Origin: Takakia lepidozioides | Lineage: Eukaryota > Plantae > Bryophyta | DNA length: 64,000 nt | Direction: 5' to 3' | Assembly: GCA_030704615.1 (NCBI GenBank) | Contig: CM060733.1 | Coordinates: forward strand, 18,414,001-18,478,000 | Shown: positions 1 to 12,664 of the stretch, in pieces | Layout: every line of letters starts with the position of its first letter | How positions within the stretch are numbered: the stretch's first letter is position 1 | Made by a program: the position numbers and the translations under genes | The notes under the pieces: model-generated | Databases searched by the model: none | The model's input: the letters and a program-made list of their open reading frames with translations, nothing else | Told to the model about the DNA's origin: nothing

Positions 1-565
1 GCCTGCTATTCGCTGCAAATTCCCAACCGTACCCCACAGTGGAATATGTACAGGCACATGAGGAAGCAAATCAGCCTTGTATGCCATTTGTTTGTCCTCA
101 TCAGATGGTGGTCTATCATCTGCATGGCTATTTCCCTCCAAGAACTCACCACCCCAAGCCACCACCCCTGAGAATGCAGCCAATGTGGGCATCATGTTCC
201 TATGATCCACCGCTACATTCCCAATAAACCTCACTGGGAGCAGTGCACGTCGGCCATCCCCTGATTGCCACTCCGGCCTATAGGATGTCGTTTCCTCCCA
301 AAAGTCCAGAGTAAATCCCATTGGGTATAACACAGCCCCACCAACAAGCACATCATAGGACATCGCGTCTGTAACAATGGCTTTAGCTCTCATGACTGAG
401 CCATCCGTAAGATGATCCGACTACAATCGAATGAAGAGCTCATGGCGTGTAATCCCTCGTGTCTTCTCTGAACCGCCCAAAAATGTTTGAATTTGGAAAG
501 GGCAAGGCTCCAAATCCGCCTCTGTAAGGCCCAAGCCTGCAATTGTTGTTCTTCCCAACATCAAG
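1..565 (-). mobile_element. Fragment (protease C-terminal half and linker) of the same Ty3/gypsy family as the DNMT-bearing element at 19317-27878; runs off the left edge
   Basis: Reverse complement reads LMLG...EADLEPCPFQIQT...DGSVMRAKAIVTDAMSYDVLVGGAVLYPMGFTLDFWEETTSYRPEWQSGDGR, which closely matches 23460-23780 (+) DGSVMRAKAIVTDAVSYNVLVGGAVLYPMGFTLDFWEELASYRPGWQSGEGW. Confidence 0.9.
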
Positions 566-687
566 CTCATGTTTGGTATACTAACAGAGGTATAGTCTCA
601 CATTAGGGTTCACATATGGTGATACCTCAGCAAAGGTATAGTCAAAAGGACAAGCTCATGTTTGGTATACTAACAGAGGTATAGTCT
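563..687. repeat. Short direct repeat (aagctcatgtttggtatactaacagaggtatagtct, two copies) at the junction that truncates the left-edge retroelement
   Basis: The identical ~36-bp string occurs at ~563 and ~652. Confidence 0.8.
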
Positions 688-3600
688 GAGCATATACTAC
701 TAGGGTTTGTAATGAAGAGCTAGAATGCAAGTCATTGACTTCTATGCTTCTACTCAAGCAAAAATATGGTCTCTAGGTGGTCATAAGAGGCATCTTCTTG
801 CTCTCTTCCACCCCAATGTGCAACCAAGAGTGGTCCAACTCAACTTGCAAGTCATTGTCCACCAAATCAATCCCTTTTCTAGTCCTTGGGATTTGATTGC
901 AAACTACCATATCTCCATTGTCGAGCAATCATGCATTTGTCTCCTCATCACTTGACAATTGCTCCAAATCAACACAAATTATCTCAATGTGTAGGAGCAA
1001 TGCTTGTCACTTACAATAATGCTCCCAAGCAATCCGCCTTGGATCCCACTCTCATGCCATATGCCTCATTTGGGGTCTTGCACCAATCCATCATCCATGT
1101 GCTCCCCTTGGTCATTTGAATGCATGTTCCATGATCTCTTGGCCTATGTGTTGCTCTCCTTCATCATAACATGAATCAACACCTCTCCACTTCACACACA
1201 AATGGATTTCAAAGGCCTTCACCTCTTACTAGTTCAAGAGCTCCCCTTCTCAAACTTGAACTTACAAACTCAAGCGAGCATGTTCCACACATGCACCACT
1301 TACTTGGTCAACTATCCACCACAAAGCTTGCACTACCAAGAGCATGAATAGCCAAGTATTGCCTCCCCCTCTTGTCACATTACATAGTTAGGGTGAAACT
1401 ATGCATACATTGAATGATGATTTCCCTTCAAGGATTTCCCACCACATGTTCTCCAAGCCCTTCCAATGGCACCCTAAGCTTGGCTCCACACCACCATGAT
1501 TGGAAGATTTCTTCACATGCTCCCTTTCAAAACCTCTTGAGCTTCTTAGTGCTCTCCAAGTGCTTGCCCTTGTTGTCTTCAAGCCCAAGCATATATAGCT
1601 CCTTGGCTTCTCTTCCACAATATCCACACTTTGAACTTGCTTAACCCTAGCTTGATAGTGAAATGAGCACTAACAAGCCTTTAGTCACTCTCCACAAGCC
1701 ATGGCACACACCATTGACTCCATAATGCATACAAAGGATTCTCAAACCCTAGAATCCATCCTTGCAAAATCTTGTGACTCAAGAACTTTCTTCTCAAGCT
1801 CTCCAACTCTTTGGTGCATGCAATACTCGAGCACATTTCCTTGCAACCCCTTGCAAGCCTTGTGATACAAGAGCTAAATTCTCCTAGCTCTCAACCTCTT
1901 TAACATACAAGTGCAAAACTAATCCTTACACTCCGCACTCACAAGCATAAGCTGATCTTCTTGTAGTGATAAGAGATGAGAAATGAGAGAAGTAGAAGAC
2001 AATGAAAGCTCTCAAAGCATGAAGCAATCACATGAAGAACAAGCCCTAGTCCTTCCAAGTGAAATCCACTCTATCACATAAACTAAGTCAAGCCAAGGGC
2101 ACCTTTGCTAAAGGAATCCACCCTACAAAGCTCTCAACACACTCCCTCTCAATACCTAGAGCTATGGAGGTGAGAGAAGCTCATGGAGGCTCAACTACAA
2201 GAAGATGAACCTCCTCCATCCTCACAAGGGGAAAACCTATCCCCATGTCCCAAGTGAGGCTCGACACCTCACTTGGCATGTGAGACCAAATGAAGTTTCA
2301 ACACACAAAATATAAATATAAATATCTAAAATGTCCTAGTTAACTAGAAGTAGGTAATTCTAGATAACCATGACTAAAACCATGACAAGGGTATGAGCTG
2401 CATTTGGCTTGTGTTAGTCATTTAAGAGGGGAGATAGTCAAGTAACCTTTGGGCCACAGTGGAAGTATTTTTGCAGGATTACGGGTGTGAAACCGCGTCG
2501 GAAGGCACGGTCTCGTGGAGCTCCTATCAAAGGTCCGGCAAGACGAAGTGCCCGACTTGTCACCATGACTCGTACAACTGCCAAGCCCAAAGTAATTTTT
2601 GACATAGACGACGACGATCCTTACCTCCCACCACAAAAGGGAGCAGTACAGGAAGGGACTGGGGATTCAGCCGACTCCATGTCGGAGGACGCAGATGCAG
2701 GCACAGTGGCCCACGCAGGGAAAAAACGTGGTGCATGCACACCGTCTCCATCTGTGAGTGCATTTTATGGGCATATTTGTAGTCTCTCACCACTTATTCC
2801 GAAGGTGAGCACAACCTCATGAGTGTCGAATAGTATCATGCGGACTTCATTAGGGGCCATGATCCGGGGAGGGATCGTCTAAATACTTGGCAGATTTAAT
2901 TGCGTGTCAATATTCTTCTTCTTTCTGTTCTGTCTCTTCCGTGCTTTGTAGGTTTGTCCCTCATTTGCATGATTGGTTTCGAAGGGGGTGTGTTGTCATA
3001 AGCACATTCTCTGTCTAGATTCAGCTTGTGCATTTCTGTCTGTCTATTTTTTGAGTGGAGGAGCTGCACCATTGCCCATGTGCATGTGTCGCGCGGCTTT
3101 TACTCATCCATCCCTTCGCTATCCGAGGCGGAAACTCCAAGATAGAAGAGTTGGAAATCTCTAAGCACTCAGCCCGCTCAGAACAATCAGTCATGACCTA
3201 CAGCTAGTGTATCATGGGGGTGTTTCCTATTTGTTTTCTTTCCCGCATTCATGTTAGTTAGTTACCTCACTGTTGGTAATTAAGTATCAGTTTGCTTCAG
3301 CAATCTATCGGATTCCATCAACTCATCCATTCATTCCACAGCTTCACTCAGATCTCTCTACACAATGTGAGTATGAAGTATGTATCAGATTAATATCTAT
3401 CAAGTATCAGGCTGAAGCCATGGAGTCTCTAATCTGCTCTACATTACAACTCTACTGCTTGCATTTATTAAGCATCAACAGATCGTCCTCCTCCTACTCC
3501 GTGCTCTCCCTCTTTCTGCTCAGAGATGCGCTCTCTGCCTCATTTCCCCCAGTGATGTCCGAAGTCCCCCCAAGAAGTGCTCCCCCAGAATTGATCCCCC

Positions 3601-3761
3601 CAGAATTGATCATTTTCCAGTCCTCGCTCCTGGCTTTATCTTCCTACCCGTTGTTCTAACCGTTTCCCTCACTAACCGTCATCCGTGAACTAACATGTTC
3701 CATTCACAGATGTTGTTCCCCATAGTCGTTCCCTGTCCTGCTATCCGTTCTCTATGGTCGT

Positions 3762-3967
3762 GACAGCTGTGTCAAGCTGTGACTGGCTGTGTGAAACTGT
3801 GACGGGCTGTGTCAGGCTGTGACTGGCTGTGCGACTGTGTTGGGCTGTGTCGGGCTGTGATGGGCTGTGTTGACTATGACTGGCTGTGTTGGACTGTGAT
3901 GGGCTGTGTTGACTGTGACTGGCTGTGTTGGACTGTGACGAGCTGTGTTGGCTGTGACGGGCTGTGT
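3762..3967. repeat. Degenerate ~10-bp tandem repeat with a GCTGTG core
   Basis: Recurrent gctgtg/actgtg units; adjacent on the - strand to a purine tract (tttaggggggg, ~3970-3980) resembling a PPT. Confidence 0.8.
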
Positions 3968-4099
3968 AACCCCCCCTAAAGTGCGCTGCTGTCACCCCTA
4001 AGGCGCCTGTTGGTCTCAGTCTGTGTAAAAATTTAAGGGTACCCCACAGATCCCGTAAAAGTGTCTAAGTCCCAGACAGTCCTCTAACATTACCCCTTC

Positions 4100-7000
4100 C
4101 CTTCTAAAAAGTCGTGTCCTCACGGTTTACTGTTTGGGATTTGTAAACCTTTGTGAGCAAGCACCCTTGTGACGTTGAGAGTCTCGTGAAGGACTCCATG
4201 TGCGAGCCCGTGTTCTGTCACTGGTTGAGGGAGATGATTGAACACTACCTGGATATGTCAGTCCCTCTGGAGGCTGATATCGAGGTAATCTTTCAAGCAT
4301 ATGAGACCCCCGTCGCTTCTTCTCTGCCATCTGCATTGCATAGTCCTCTGCCATGTCAAAAGAGTCCGCTGAAGAAACAGTTGTATCAGAATTCTCGTCC
4401 CCCCTGAGGTGTTTAACTGTCGAACTTTAACTGGAATTGTCTAGGGCATACAATGTTGTCCCACCATGTCTGGAAGTTTAAATTGTAAAACTTGTTGTAA
4501 GCGCAGAATTGCAAAATTGGTGAAGACCCTAAGCTCCTTGTCTGTCCAGGTGAATGGTGTACCAATGACTTGTGAATTGTGCAAATATTTCCATGCTTCA
4601 TGTCCCTTAAAGAAAATATCGTCAGGCCCGAATTTCTATGTTGACAAATTGTTCCAGGCCGCATGAAACCATGAACGAATCTGAGAATCCTTTTGCATCA
4701 TAACTTTTGCCTCATATAGGTACATATGAGGTGGCACTGAAGGTAAGACCCAATGATCCCCACTGGAATAACTCAGAAAGCGCGTTTGCATCTTCTGCTG
4801 CTCAATGTGATAACGTACCAGAAAACAAGCAGCGTAGTATAACCCGCAGCCCATGACAATACTTGCTACCTCCTTGGTCTTGGTATAAATGAATCCATGT
4901 ACAACTTGGAAGGCAATTAATTCCTTCAACATGGTACTTGCCTCATGTCAGTATTGCGCAAAGTGATGATCCTCAATTGGTCGATTGTTCGGAAGAACTT
5001 TAGTCCTAGTTGCCACTGGCAGCCAAATGCGCATGATTTGATAGTAATGTGCCAATGACTGCGGAGGACTAAATTCCTTCCAAGCCAAATCCAACACAAT
5101 GGGAATTTGGTTGAAAGGCATAATCATAGCCCGACTGTACTCCCGTGCAGCAGGAGTTTTAGGTGGATTAAAAACAACATTCCCCCATACCTCATGTGCT
5201 GTGGTGTGGCTGTAGTAACAACAGGGTCAGCTACTGGTACAATGAGTTGTTGTGGTGTTGGTGGCACTGGCTCTTGTACCATTGGCATCTCCTGCACCCC
5301 CTGTGAAGAAGACTGAAAAGCCAAAGTTCTCGCTAATAAGAAGCCATTAGCTGTTCCTCAGGTACACAGACTCTCTTGTCGATATTTGAAGTGAGGTCCT
5401 CCACTTGAGTCTACAGGCCGTCTACATCCTCCTGTAACTCCGCTATCCTACTATAGACATTGTCTATAGTAGTTGTGGCAATGTTCTGCACTTGCAGTCT
5501 GAGCTCATTCATCTCGCTTTGGGTGAGCTTTCGTGGTGCTTTGCCCTCCACTGGCCCTTGTGCTAACCAGACTTGCATAAGGTGGTTATCCACCAAGTTG
5601 CTTGTGGCACCCCTGAGAGTCTGCTCCTCTGTGAGCCTGTACACATCTATCTGCTGCATTAAAGCCTCCATGCGCTTTGCATGAGGTTCAACCAAACTCG
5701 CATAGGCTTCCTTCCAAGCCTTGTTAGCCACAGAGAGTTCATTTCTATTGGACATGAGTGTTTGTTGCAACTCAAGGATGTACCTCTCTTGGTCAGCTTC
5801 AACCTGCCTGTATTGCTTGAAAGTACTCTCATTGCGATAGATTGTATTCTTCATATCAACAATGAGTTTCACTTGCTCAACATTCTCTGCCTCTGCCTTC
5901 GTACATCTTTCCGCTTGACTGTTTATTTCTATTGTAGCTTGGTCAAGCATAGTTGTGAGTGTAGCACATTGTATGGCCATCATATCATGCACTGTCTGCA
6001 ACTCCGTATGTAGTGCATTCACTTCTTGCAACTTGCTTTCATGCTTCACCTGCATTTGGTATAACTGTTGCTTATGTGCTTCGTGCAATTGGTCTTGCGC
6101 GAGGCCTGCCTCAATCAATTGTTCCTTAGCTAATTGCAAAGCCGCTTCTGTACTCTCTAAGTCTTGCTGCATCTTGATAGTGACCTCTTCATCGACCTTG
6201 TTTGCACACTCAGTGGCAAGTCGAGCCTCAAACTCCTTCCTGAGTTCCTCTCTCAAAGCTGCCAATTGGGTAGTTGGAACATGGGATTTGACATAAGTCC
6301 CCAACAAATTAAGTGTCCTGCTTATGGAACTCATAAGCATGGCCTGTTGAGGGTCATCATGGTTGCTGCTGTTCTCCCTGAGCTTGCTGCTGTTCTCCCT
6401 GATCTCAATAGTGTGATGCCTCACGAACCACTCAGGCCATTGCCCCACCAAATTTTCTTCCTAAACCACTTCATCCGTCACAGGTGTTGCAGTGTCTTGA
6501 CATTCTACCTGTGGTACCTCCATCACATGTGTGTGTATTATATGCACCGCAGGGTTTCCCCTGTACAACTGTTGCACCTCCGGAATCACTGTGTCCTTGA
6601 CCAGACCAGAATATTCATAGAGAAGGTCCCCCTTCTCAATTTCTGCCACCACCTGTTCTGTAGTGGGAAAATCTAACCCTTCTTTCTCCAAATCAATTAT
6701 TCTTGTGGTGGAACTGCATGGACAACTTGTGGTAACTCTGTGACAAGCCGATCATCTGGCTGTGATGGCTGTGATACTGAAGTAACTTCCTCTCCCTCTC
6801 TGAAGGTCCCGCTTCAAATAATAGCAGTTCTCTGTGCTGCTGTGCCTCTTCCTGCACAAGAGCTCGGGAAACATTATCATGCGGATTCCGTGAAGCCAGT
6901 GGATCCGCCACTACAGTCTTCCCCGCCTCTGTCTCTTAGTTTGGGGTTGCCCTGCCAGTCCACCCTCACTGTGTGAAGAGCCTTGCTCTTCCATTGCAGT

Positions 7001-7850
7001 GGTTCAGTCTCCCAACACTCCCATCTCATTTCTTTCTCGAGCATCAAGTATGCCAGAATCAAGAATTATTTGAGCAATGATTGGGCCAGACACTATGATA
7101 GGAGACTTTGCGGCAGTGCCTTGTAATCTTTTCATCTCCTCTACCAGTGCGTTGTACATTATGTCCGCCATTCTACCTCTTCTCCTCTCAGGGCTTTGAG
7201 TATTTCCTCTGTGAAGGATCTGCTCAAATACTATTGGTTCTGTTTCATGGCAAACAGAACGTTCAATACCTGGCCTACCTCCCTTAGCCCTGGGTACACG
7301 GCCTTGGTACAAGCATAACCCTGAGTTTTAAAGAAGAAACTCCCTTCTTGGAATAAGTCCCCTATTGCAGTCTTGCCCTGTGCTTCCACATGCCAACCTG
7401 ACCTGCTGGCAATCGAAACAATTGCTGTGTAGGTATAGGGGAGTAATTTCTAATTCAACTCCCTTCACCGTTGTTGCTCCTGTCCTAGGCTCAAAGTTCT
7501 GCAAGAATTGTAACATGTAATGTTTATGGTGCAATGTCCAATCTTGCTTGTAATCCTTCCAATCGCAGCTCCTTCAGTAACTTTACCGCCTGTGGGAGTA
7601 GCAATCGTTTGTTTCTGCAGGATTGTGGTGCTCTTCACCCTGATTTCTTCCATTCCTCTCACTCTCTTCATTCTAGACCCACAGAAATGTTTTGGGCTTT
7701 GGTGTTTGTAACAATTGAAGAAGAAAATGCCTGCAGGGCACAAAGCATAAACGTATGGTTGCCACAAAAAGCTATGGGTAATTTCTTGTAAGCCTGCGGG
7801 GCTTGCAAGCATCGATCAAGAGAAAAGATCCGCTTGTTCTTTCGTCCTAT
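4100..7850 (-). pseudogene. Disrupted long reading frame with a coiled-coil region; probable retroelement accessory ORF
   Basis: Consecutive - strand ORFs 7004-7312, 6693-6911, 6461-6691 and 5411-6451 (346 aa, E/Q/L/K heptad-rich), broken by stops and frameshifts; no evident introns; flanked by GCTGTG arrays. Confidence 0.5.
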
Positions 7851-8379
7851 GCCACTGCGTAAGTAATATTGCGAGCGTATAGTCTGTTAGTTCCTCCATA
7901 GCTTCAAAGCTAGCATTGATGTTTTTGTCCCGTCGAGACGCCCGTTACTTAGAACGACGCCGACTCTTGCGCTTAAATTCCCTCCAATTTCTTCATCCCT
8001 TTTTGGCTTCGATTGGCTGTAACCGCTGTGACTGGATTTTAGATTTAATTTCTTTAGTGGACTTTCCCTGCTGGACTGTCCACTAGGATAACACATGTGA
8101 CAAGGAATTTCGCTTTTCTGTGCTTGCCGTTTGTTTGTTGCGTTTTCCGTATTCATTAATGGGCCCGCCATCATCAACATTGACGTGCAATTAGGATTTG
8201 ACGGCCATTCTGTCTCTGTCTTGATACATCTGTTCTTGCACTTCCTTCTCAGTTGTGTGTTGCGCCCTGACTTCACGTGTTCCCTTTCTAAACTGGCTTC
8301 CGTCCTTTCTTCCGCCGGCCATTTCCCTGAAGTTATCTGCGTCCACCTGTCACTGATTCTATGGGATTGTGTAACCCTA

Positions 8380-8712
8380 GTAGGCTGTGTTGAGCTGTGA
8401 CAGGCTGTGTCATACTGTGGTACGCTGTGTAGACTCTGTGTGATGTGGTGATAGGCTGTGTGGCACTGTGGTAAGCTGTGTAGGCTGGACACGCGGGTGG
8501 TAGGTTGTGATAGGCTGTATTGCGCCGTGCTGGGCTATGATAGGTTGGTTGCACCGTGATGGGCTGGGATAGGTGTGTGTCGCGCTTTGTATGTGATGGG
8601 CTGTGATAGGCTTTGTGTCGCGCCGGATGGGCTGTGATAGGTATGTGTCGCGCCTGATGGGCTGGGATAGGTGGTATGTCGCGCCATGATGGGCTTTGTG
8701 ATTAGGCTGTGT
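8380..8712. repeat. Degenerate GCTGTG / gggctgtgatagg tandem repeat
   Basis: Same core motif as 3762-3967, with ~30-bp higher-order units at 8590-8710. Confidence 0.75.
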
Positions 8713-8834
8713 CGCTCTTGTTCGGTCCGCCCTGGTCTAGATGCTCGGCCTAGCGACAAGTGCTCCATACTCCGTTGGTATCACTGTCGCACGCCCGTGA
8801 CTGCTTTTGCGTTTCAACATGCAAAATCAGCTGA

Positions 8835-9334
8835 NNNNNNNNNNNNNNNNNNNNNNNNNNNNNNNNNNNNNNNNNNNNNNNNNNNNNNNNNNNNNNNNNN
8901 NNNNNNNNNNNNNNNNNNNNNNNNNNNNNNNNNNNNNNNNNNNNNNNNNNNNNNNNNNNNNNNNNNNNNNNNNNNNNNNNNNNNNNNNNNNNNNNNNNNN
9001 NNNNNNNNNNNNNNNNNNNNNNNNNNNNNNNNNNNNNNNNNNNNNNNNNNNNNNNNNNNNNNNNNNNNNNNNNNNNNNNNNNNNNNNNNNNNNNNNNNNN
9101 NNNNNNNNNNNNNNNNNNNNNNNNNNNNNNNNNNNNNNNNNNNNNNNNNNNNNNNNNNNNNNNNNNNNNNNNNNNNNNNNNNNNNNNNNNNNNNNNNNNN
9201 NNNNNNNNNNNNNNNNNNNNNNNNNNNNNNNNNNNNNNNNNNNNNNNNNNNNNNNNNNNNNNNNNNNNNNNNNNNNNNNNNNNNNNNNNNNNNNNNNNNN
9301 NNNNNNNNNNNNNNNNNNNNNNNNNNNNNNNNNN
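8835..9334. other. Assembly gap (500 N)
   Basis: Run of N; ORFs spanning it are artefacts. Confidence 1.
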
Positions 9335-10179
9335 ATATCATCAAAGCTGGACGGGCAAGTTGAAGCTCATGCAAATGCAGCCCTATAGACTATACGTTTG
9401 AACATGTTATTAGCTTCGATTGTGAAATGGATTGATTTTATTTATCTAGATGCATTAATCCACCATTAAATTATAACGTTATAATGTAACATTCTTAAAG
9501 GCAATGTCTAATTATATTCGAAGTATTTGATAGCCTATGTTTGTGACATACATACAGACATAATTTTTTTTAAAGAAATATTGAATAAAAACTAGGTTGT
9601 GCCAACAATGTTGGTGGCGCCACTAACAAAGGAGGTTACGGAGCGCGTGAGCATGCTCACATGAGCACAAGTGCATATTCCCCAAATTTCCACGAAATTT
9701 CCACAGCGAAACGAAATTGGCGAAACTAAGAATTTTGCGAAACTAACACATTAAGAACAAGTAGCCCCTATACCTGATGAACATGTTACCCTATAAGCGT
9801 GGTTTTTTCTCATATTGTGCTCACACGATACCAGACCCTTTTCATAACAGGCAGGAGAGTGGGCAGGGAGGCCTAACCTTAAATTTAAGATCATCACCCA
9901 TGGATAATTTCGCACGGCGAAACTCTGTACCAACCAGCCTGAGAAGAAATCACACTGTAGCTGAAAAGATGCATATGTCACTTTCAAAGGCCCTACCATG
10001 TATATTTTTGCAAAGCAAAACTCTCTCCCCTAACAACTAGTATAATTACATATTGAAATATGCATTTGCAATGCGAAACTCTGATCCCGAAAGAGAGGAA
10101 GTTGGGTAGCGTGCAGTTTGGATGCTCACAAACATGAAAAAATATGACAAATATTTTTGAGATGCCCAGAGAAATCGCA

Positions 10180-11891
10180 CATATTTTGAACAAATACACT
10201 GTCACACAAGAGTTTCGTAATGAAAAACTCTTTTGTTACGACAAAGCAGTTCAAATCCCTCAATTGATATCTCTTAATATTGGTTCAACAACATGCCAAT
10301 TTTTGAACAAAAACAATATCAGACATGAGTTTCTTGTTAAGAAACTCTTTTGTTACAGGAAATCAATTCAATTCCCTCGATTCATATCCCTCCATATTGT
10401 CTCAAAAGCATGCTTGTTTTTTAACAGATACACTATCAGACAAAAGTTTCATGTTGAAATTTATTACGGCCAACCAGTTCAAATCCCTCCAAAAACACTT
10501 TCAGACAAGAGTTTTGAGTTAAGTAAATGATGCAGATTTTTGAACAAAACCCTTGTCAGACAAGAGTTTCGTGTTGAGAAACTCTTGTGCTACGGTAGAT
10601 GAGTTCAAATCCCTTAGTTCATATCCCTCCATATTGGTTCAAAAGTATGTAGGTTTTTGAACAAAATCAATGTCACATGTAGTTTCGTGTTGAGAAACTT
10701 TTTTGTCACGGCAAAGAGTTCAAATCCCTCAATTCATATCCCTCCATATTTATTCAAAATGATGTAGTTTTTTTTAACACAATCACTGTCAGACTAGAGT
10801 TTCGTGTTGAGAAACTCTTTTGTTATGGTGTAGCAATTCAAATCCCTCAGTCCATATCCCTCCATATTGGTTGAAAACCATGCAGGTTTTTTAATAAAAA
10901 AACTGTCAGAGAAGAGTTTCGTGTTGAGAAACTCTTTGTTATGGCGAAGTAATTCAAATCCCTCAGTCCATATCCCTCCATATTGGTTCAAAAGCATGCA
11001 CATTTTTGAACAAAAACACTATCAGAGAAGCGTTTCGTGTTGAGAAACTTTTTCGTCAAGGCGAAAGAGTCCCTCAGTCCATATCTCTCCATATTGGTTC
11101 AAAAGCATGCAGGTTTTTGAACAAAAACACTGTCAGAGAAGAGTTTCGTGTTGAGAAACTCTTTTGTTATGGCAAAATAATTCAAATCCCTCAGTCCATA
11201 TCACTCCATACTGGTTAAAAAACATGCACGTTTTTTAACAAAAACACTGTCAGAAAAGAGTTTCGTGTTGAGAAACTCTTTTATTATGGCGACGCAATTC
11301 AAATCCCTCAGTCCATATCCCTCCATATTGGTTCCAAAGCATGCAGGTTTTTGAACAAAAGCACTATGAGAGAAGAGTTTCGTGTTGAGAAACTCTTTTG
11401 TTATGGCGATGCAATTCAAATCCCTCACTCCGTTTATCTCCATATTGGTTCAAAAGCATGCAGGTTTTGAACAAAAACACTGTCAGAAAAGAGTTTCGTG
11501 TTGAGAAACTTCTGTGCAGACAAATAAGTTCACATCCCTCAGTCCATATCCCTCCATATTGGTTCAAAAGCATGCAATCTTTGTGCATGCTTTTGAACCA
11601 AAACAATGTTAGACGAGAGTTTCGTGTTGAGAAACTCTTTTGTCAAGGCTAAAGAGTTCAAATCCCTCAATTAGTATCCCTCCTTATTGTTCCACATGCA
11701 TGCAGGTTTTTAAACAAAAACACTATTAGAGAAGAGTTTCGTGTTTTGCTACGTTGAACTAGCATTTCATATCACTGAGTTCATATCTCTCCCTATTGGT
11801 TCTAAAGCATACAGATTCGTAAACCATAACACTGTCAGACAAGAGTTTTGTGTTGAGAAACCCTTTTTTTTATGGCAAAGGAGTTCAAATC
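10180..11891. repeat. Tandem satellite, ~117-118 bp monomer, about 15-16 copies (left part)
   Basis: Monomer aaaaacactgtcagagaagagtttcgtgttgagaaactcttttgttatggc...ttcaaatccctcagtccatatccctccatattggttcaaaagcatgcaggtttttgaac; gagtttcgtgttgagaaactc or variants recur at ~10210, 10327, 10564, 10680, 10797, 10914, 11141, 11259, 11376, 11491, 11617, 11843. Confidence 0.95.
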
Positions 11892-12609
11892 TGTCGCGGC
11901 CCTTTGCCTTGAGGGCAAGGGGTCGGGACGCAGAGGGGCTGCCCCTGTGGTGGGGGCGGTGGCAGCAATAGGTACGGGGGGCTGAAGCACCCTTGAGTGC
12001 CCAAGGCACTCAAGGAGGCGGAGACGCTCACTAGGTGGAGCCCCGCACACCGAGTTGCGGTGGGGGTGGCTCCACAAGGGGTGGAGGTAGCTTAGTGGGA
12101 CTTAGTAGGGGTGGCATAGGACTCACCATGGGGCGGAGATCTTGTGGTGGGAGTCGTGGGGAGTCTTGGGACTCACCACGGTCCAATAGGGCCATGGTGG
12201 GTGGGCCAAGACTCACCGCGACTCATCACCGGGAATCGAGGGTCTTCGTGGTGGTTCGCCATAAAATGGCATGGTTGTTTGTGAAACCCCCGCGGACAGT
12301 CACATAAGTATATATAGGGAGTAGTAACCCCGAGAACGGTGTAAGCCCGTTGGTGACCAAAAACTAGTGAGTAAGCGAGCGAGCCTGAATGCGACCAAGA
12401 AGTTGGGAGCTATTCCGGACTGCCATCTACCAAAGGGAATTTCCACTAGGCCGAAATTGGTGGAGGGTCTGTTGGGGGAAAAAAAAGGGACCGTTATGTC
12501 CCGTTGAGCAGCTGAAGCTCCGAGTTGGCCCGGCGGCCTGGTTGGGAGTTAGGCGCGCGCATCAAAGCGAGTAATTGAAGGAGAGCTTACCGAAGTGAGG
12601 TGCACGACA
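11892..12609 (+). repeat. Chromovirus 5' LTR
   Basis: tgtcgcggcc...tgcacgaca; matches 19189-19316 joined to 27883-28479. Confidence 0.95.
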
Positions 12610-12611
12610 CT

Positions 12612-12623
12612 TGATATCAGAGC
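12612..12623 (+). promoter_or_regulatory. Primer-binding site (tRNA-iMet type)
   Basis: tgatatcagagc, one mismatch to tggtatcagagc, 2 nt after the LTR end. Confidence 0.85.
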
Positions 12624-12664
12624 TTGGAGTTCAGTACGCGATCGTCCTTGGGATCGGCCTCATC

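Noticed and set aside
2487-2822. Basic/acidic low-complexity ORF (111 aa)
   Set aside because: GTG start, no recognisable domain and no supported exon chain.
8671-9388. Long ORFs across 8.7-9.4 kb
   Set aside because: Artefacts of the 500-N gap.
10180-11891. Regularly spaced palindromic repeats resembling a CRISPR array
   Set aside because: The intervening sequences are homologous to each other rather than unique spacers, there are no cas genes, and the context is eukaryotic; this is a satellite.
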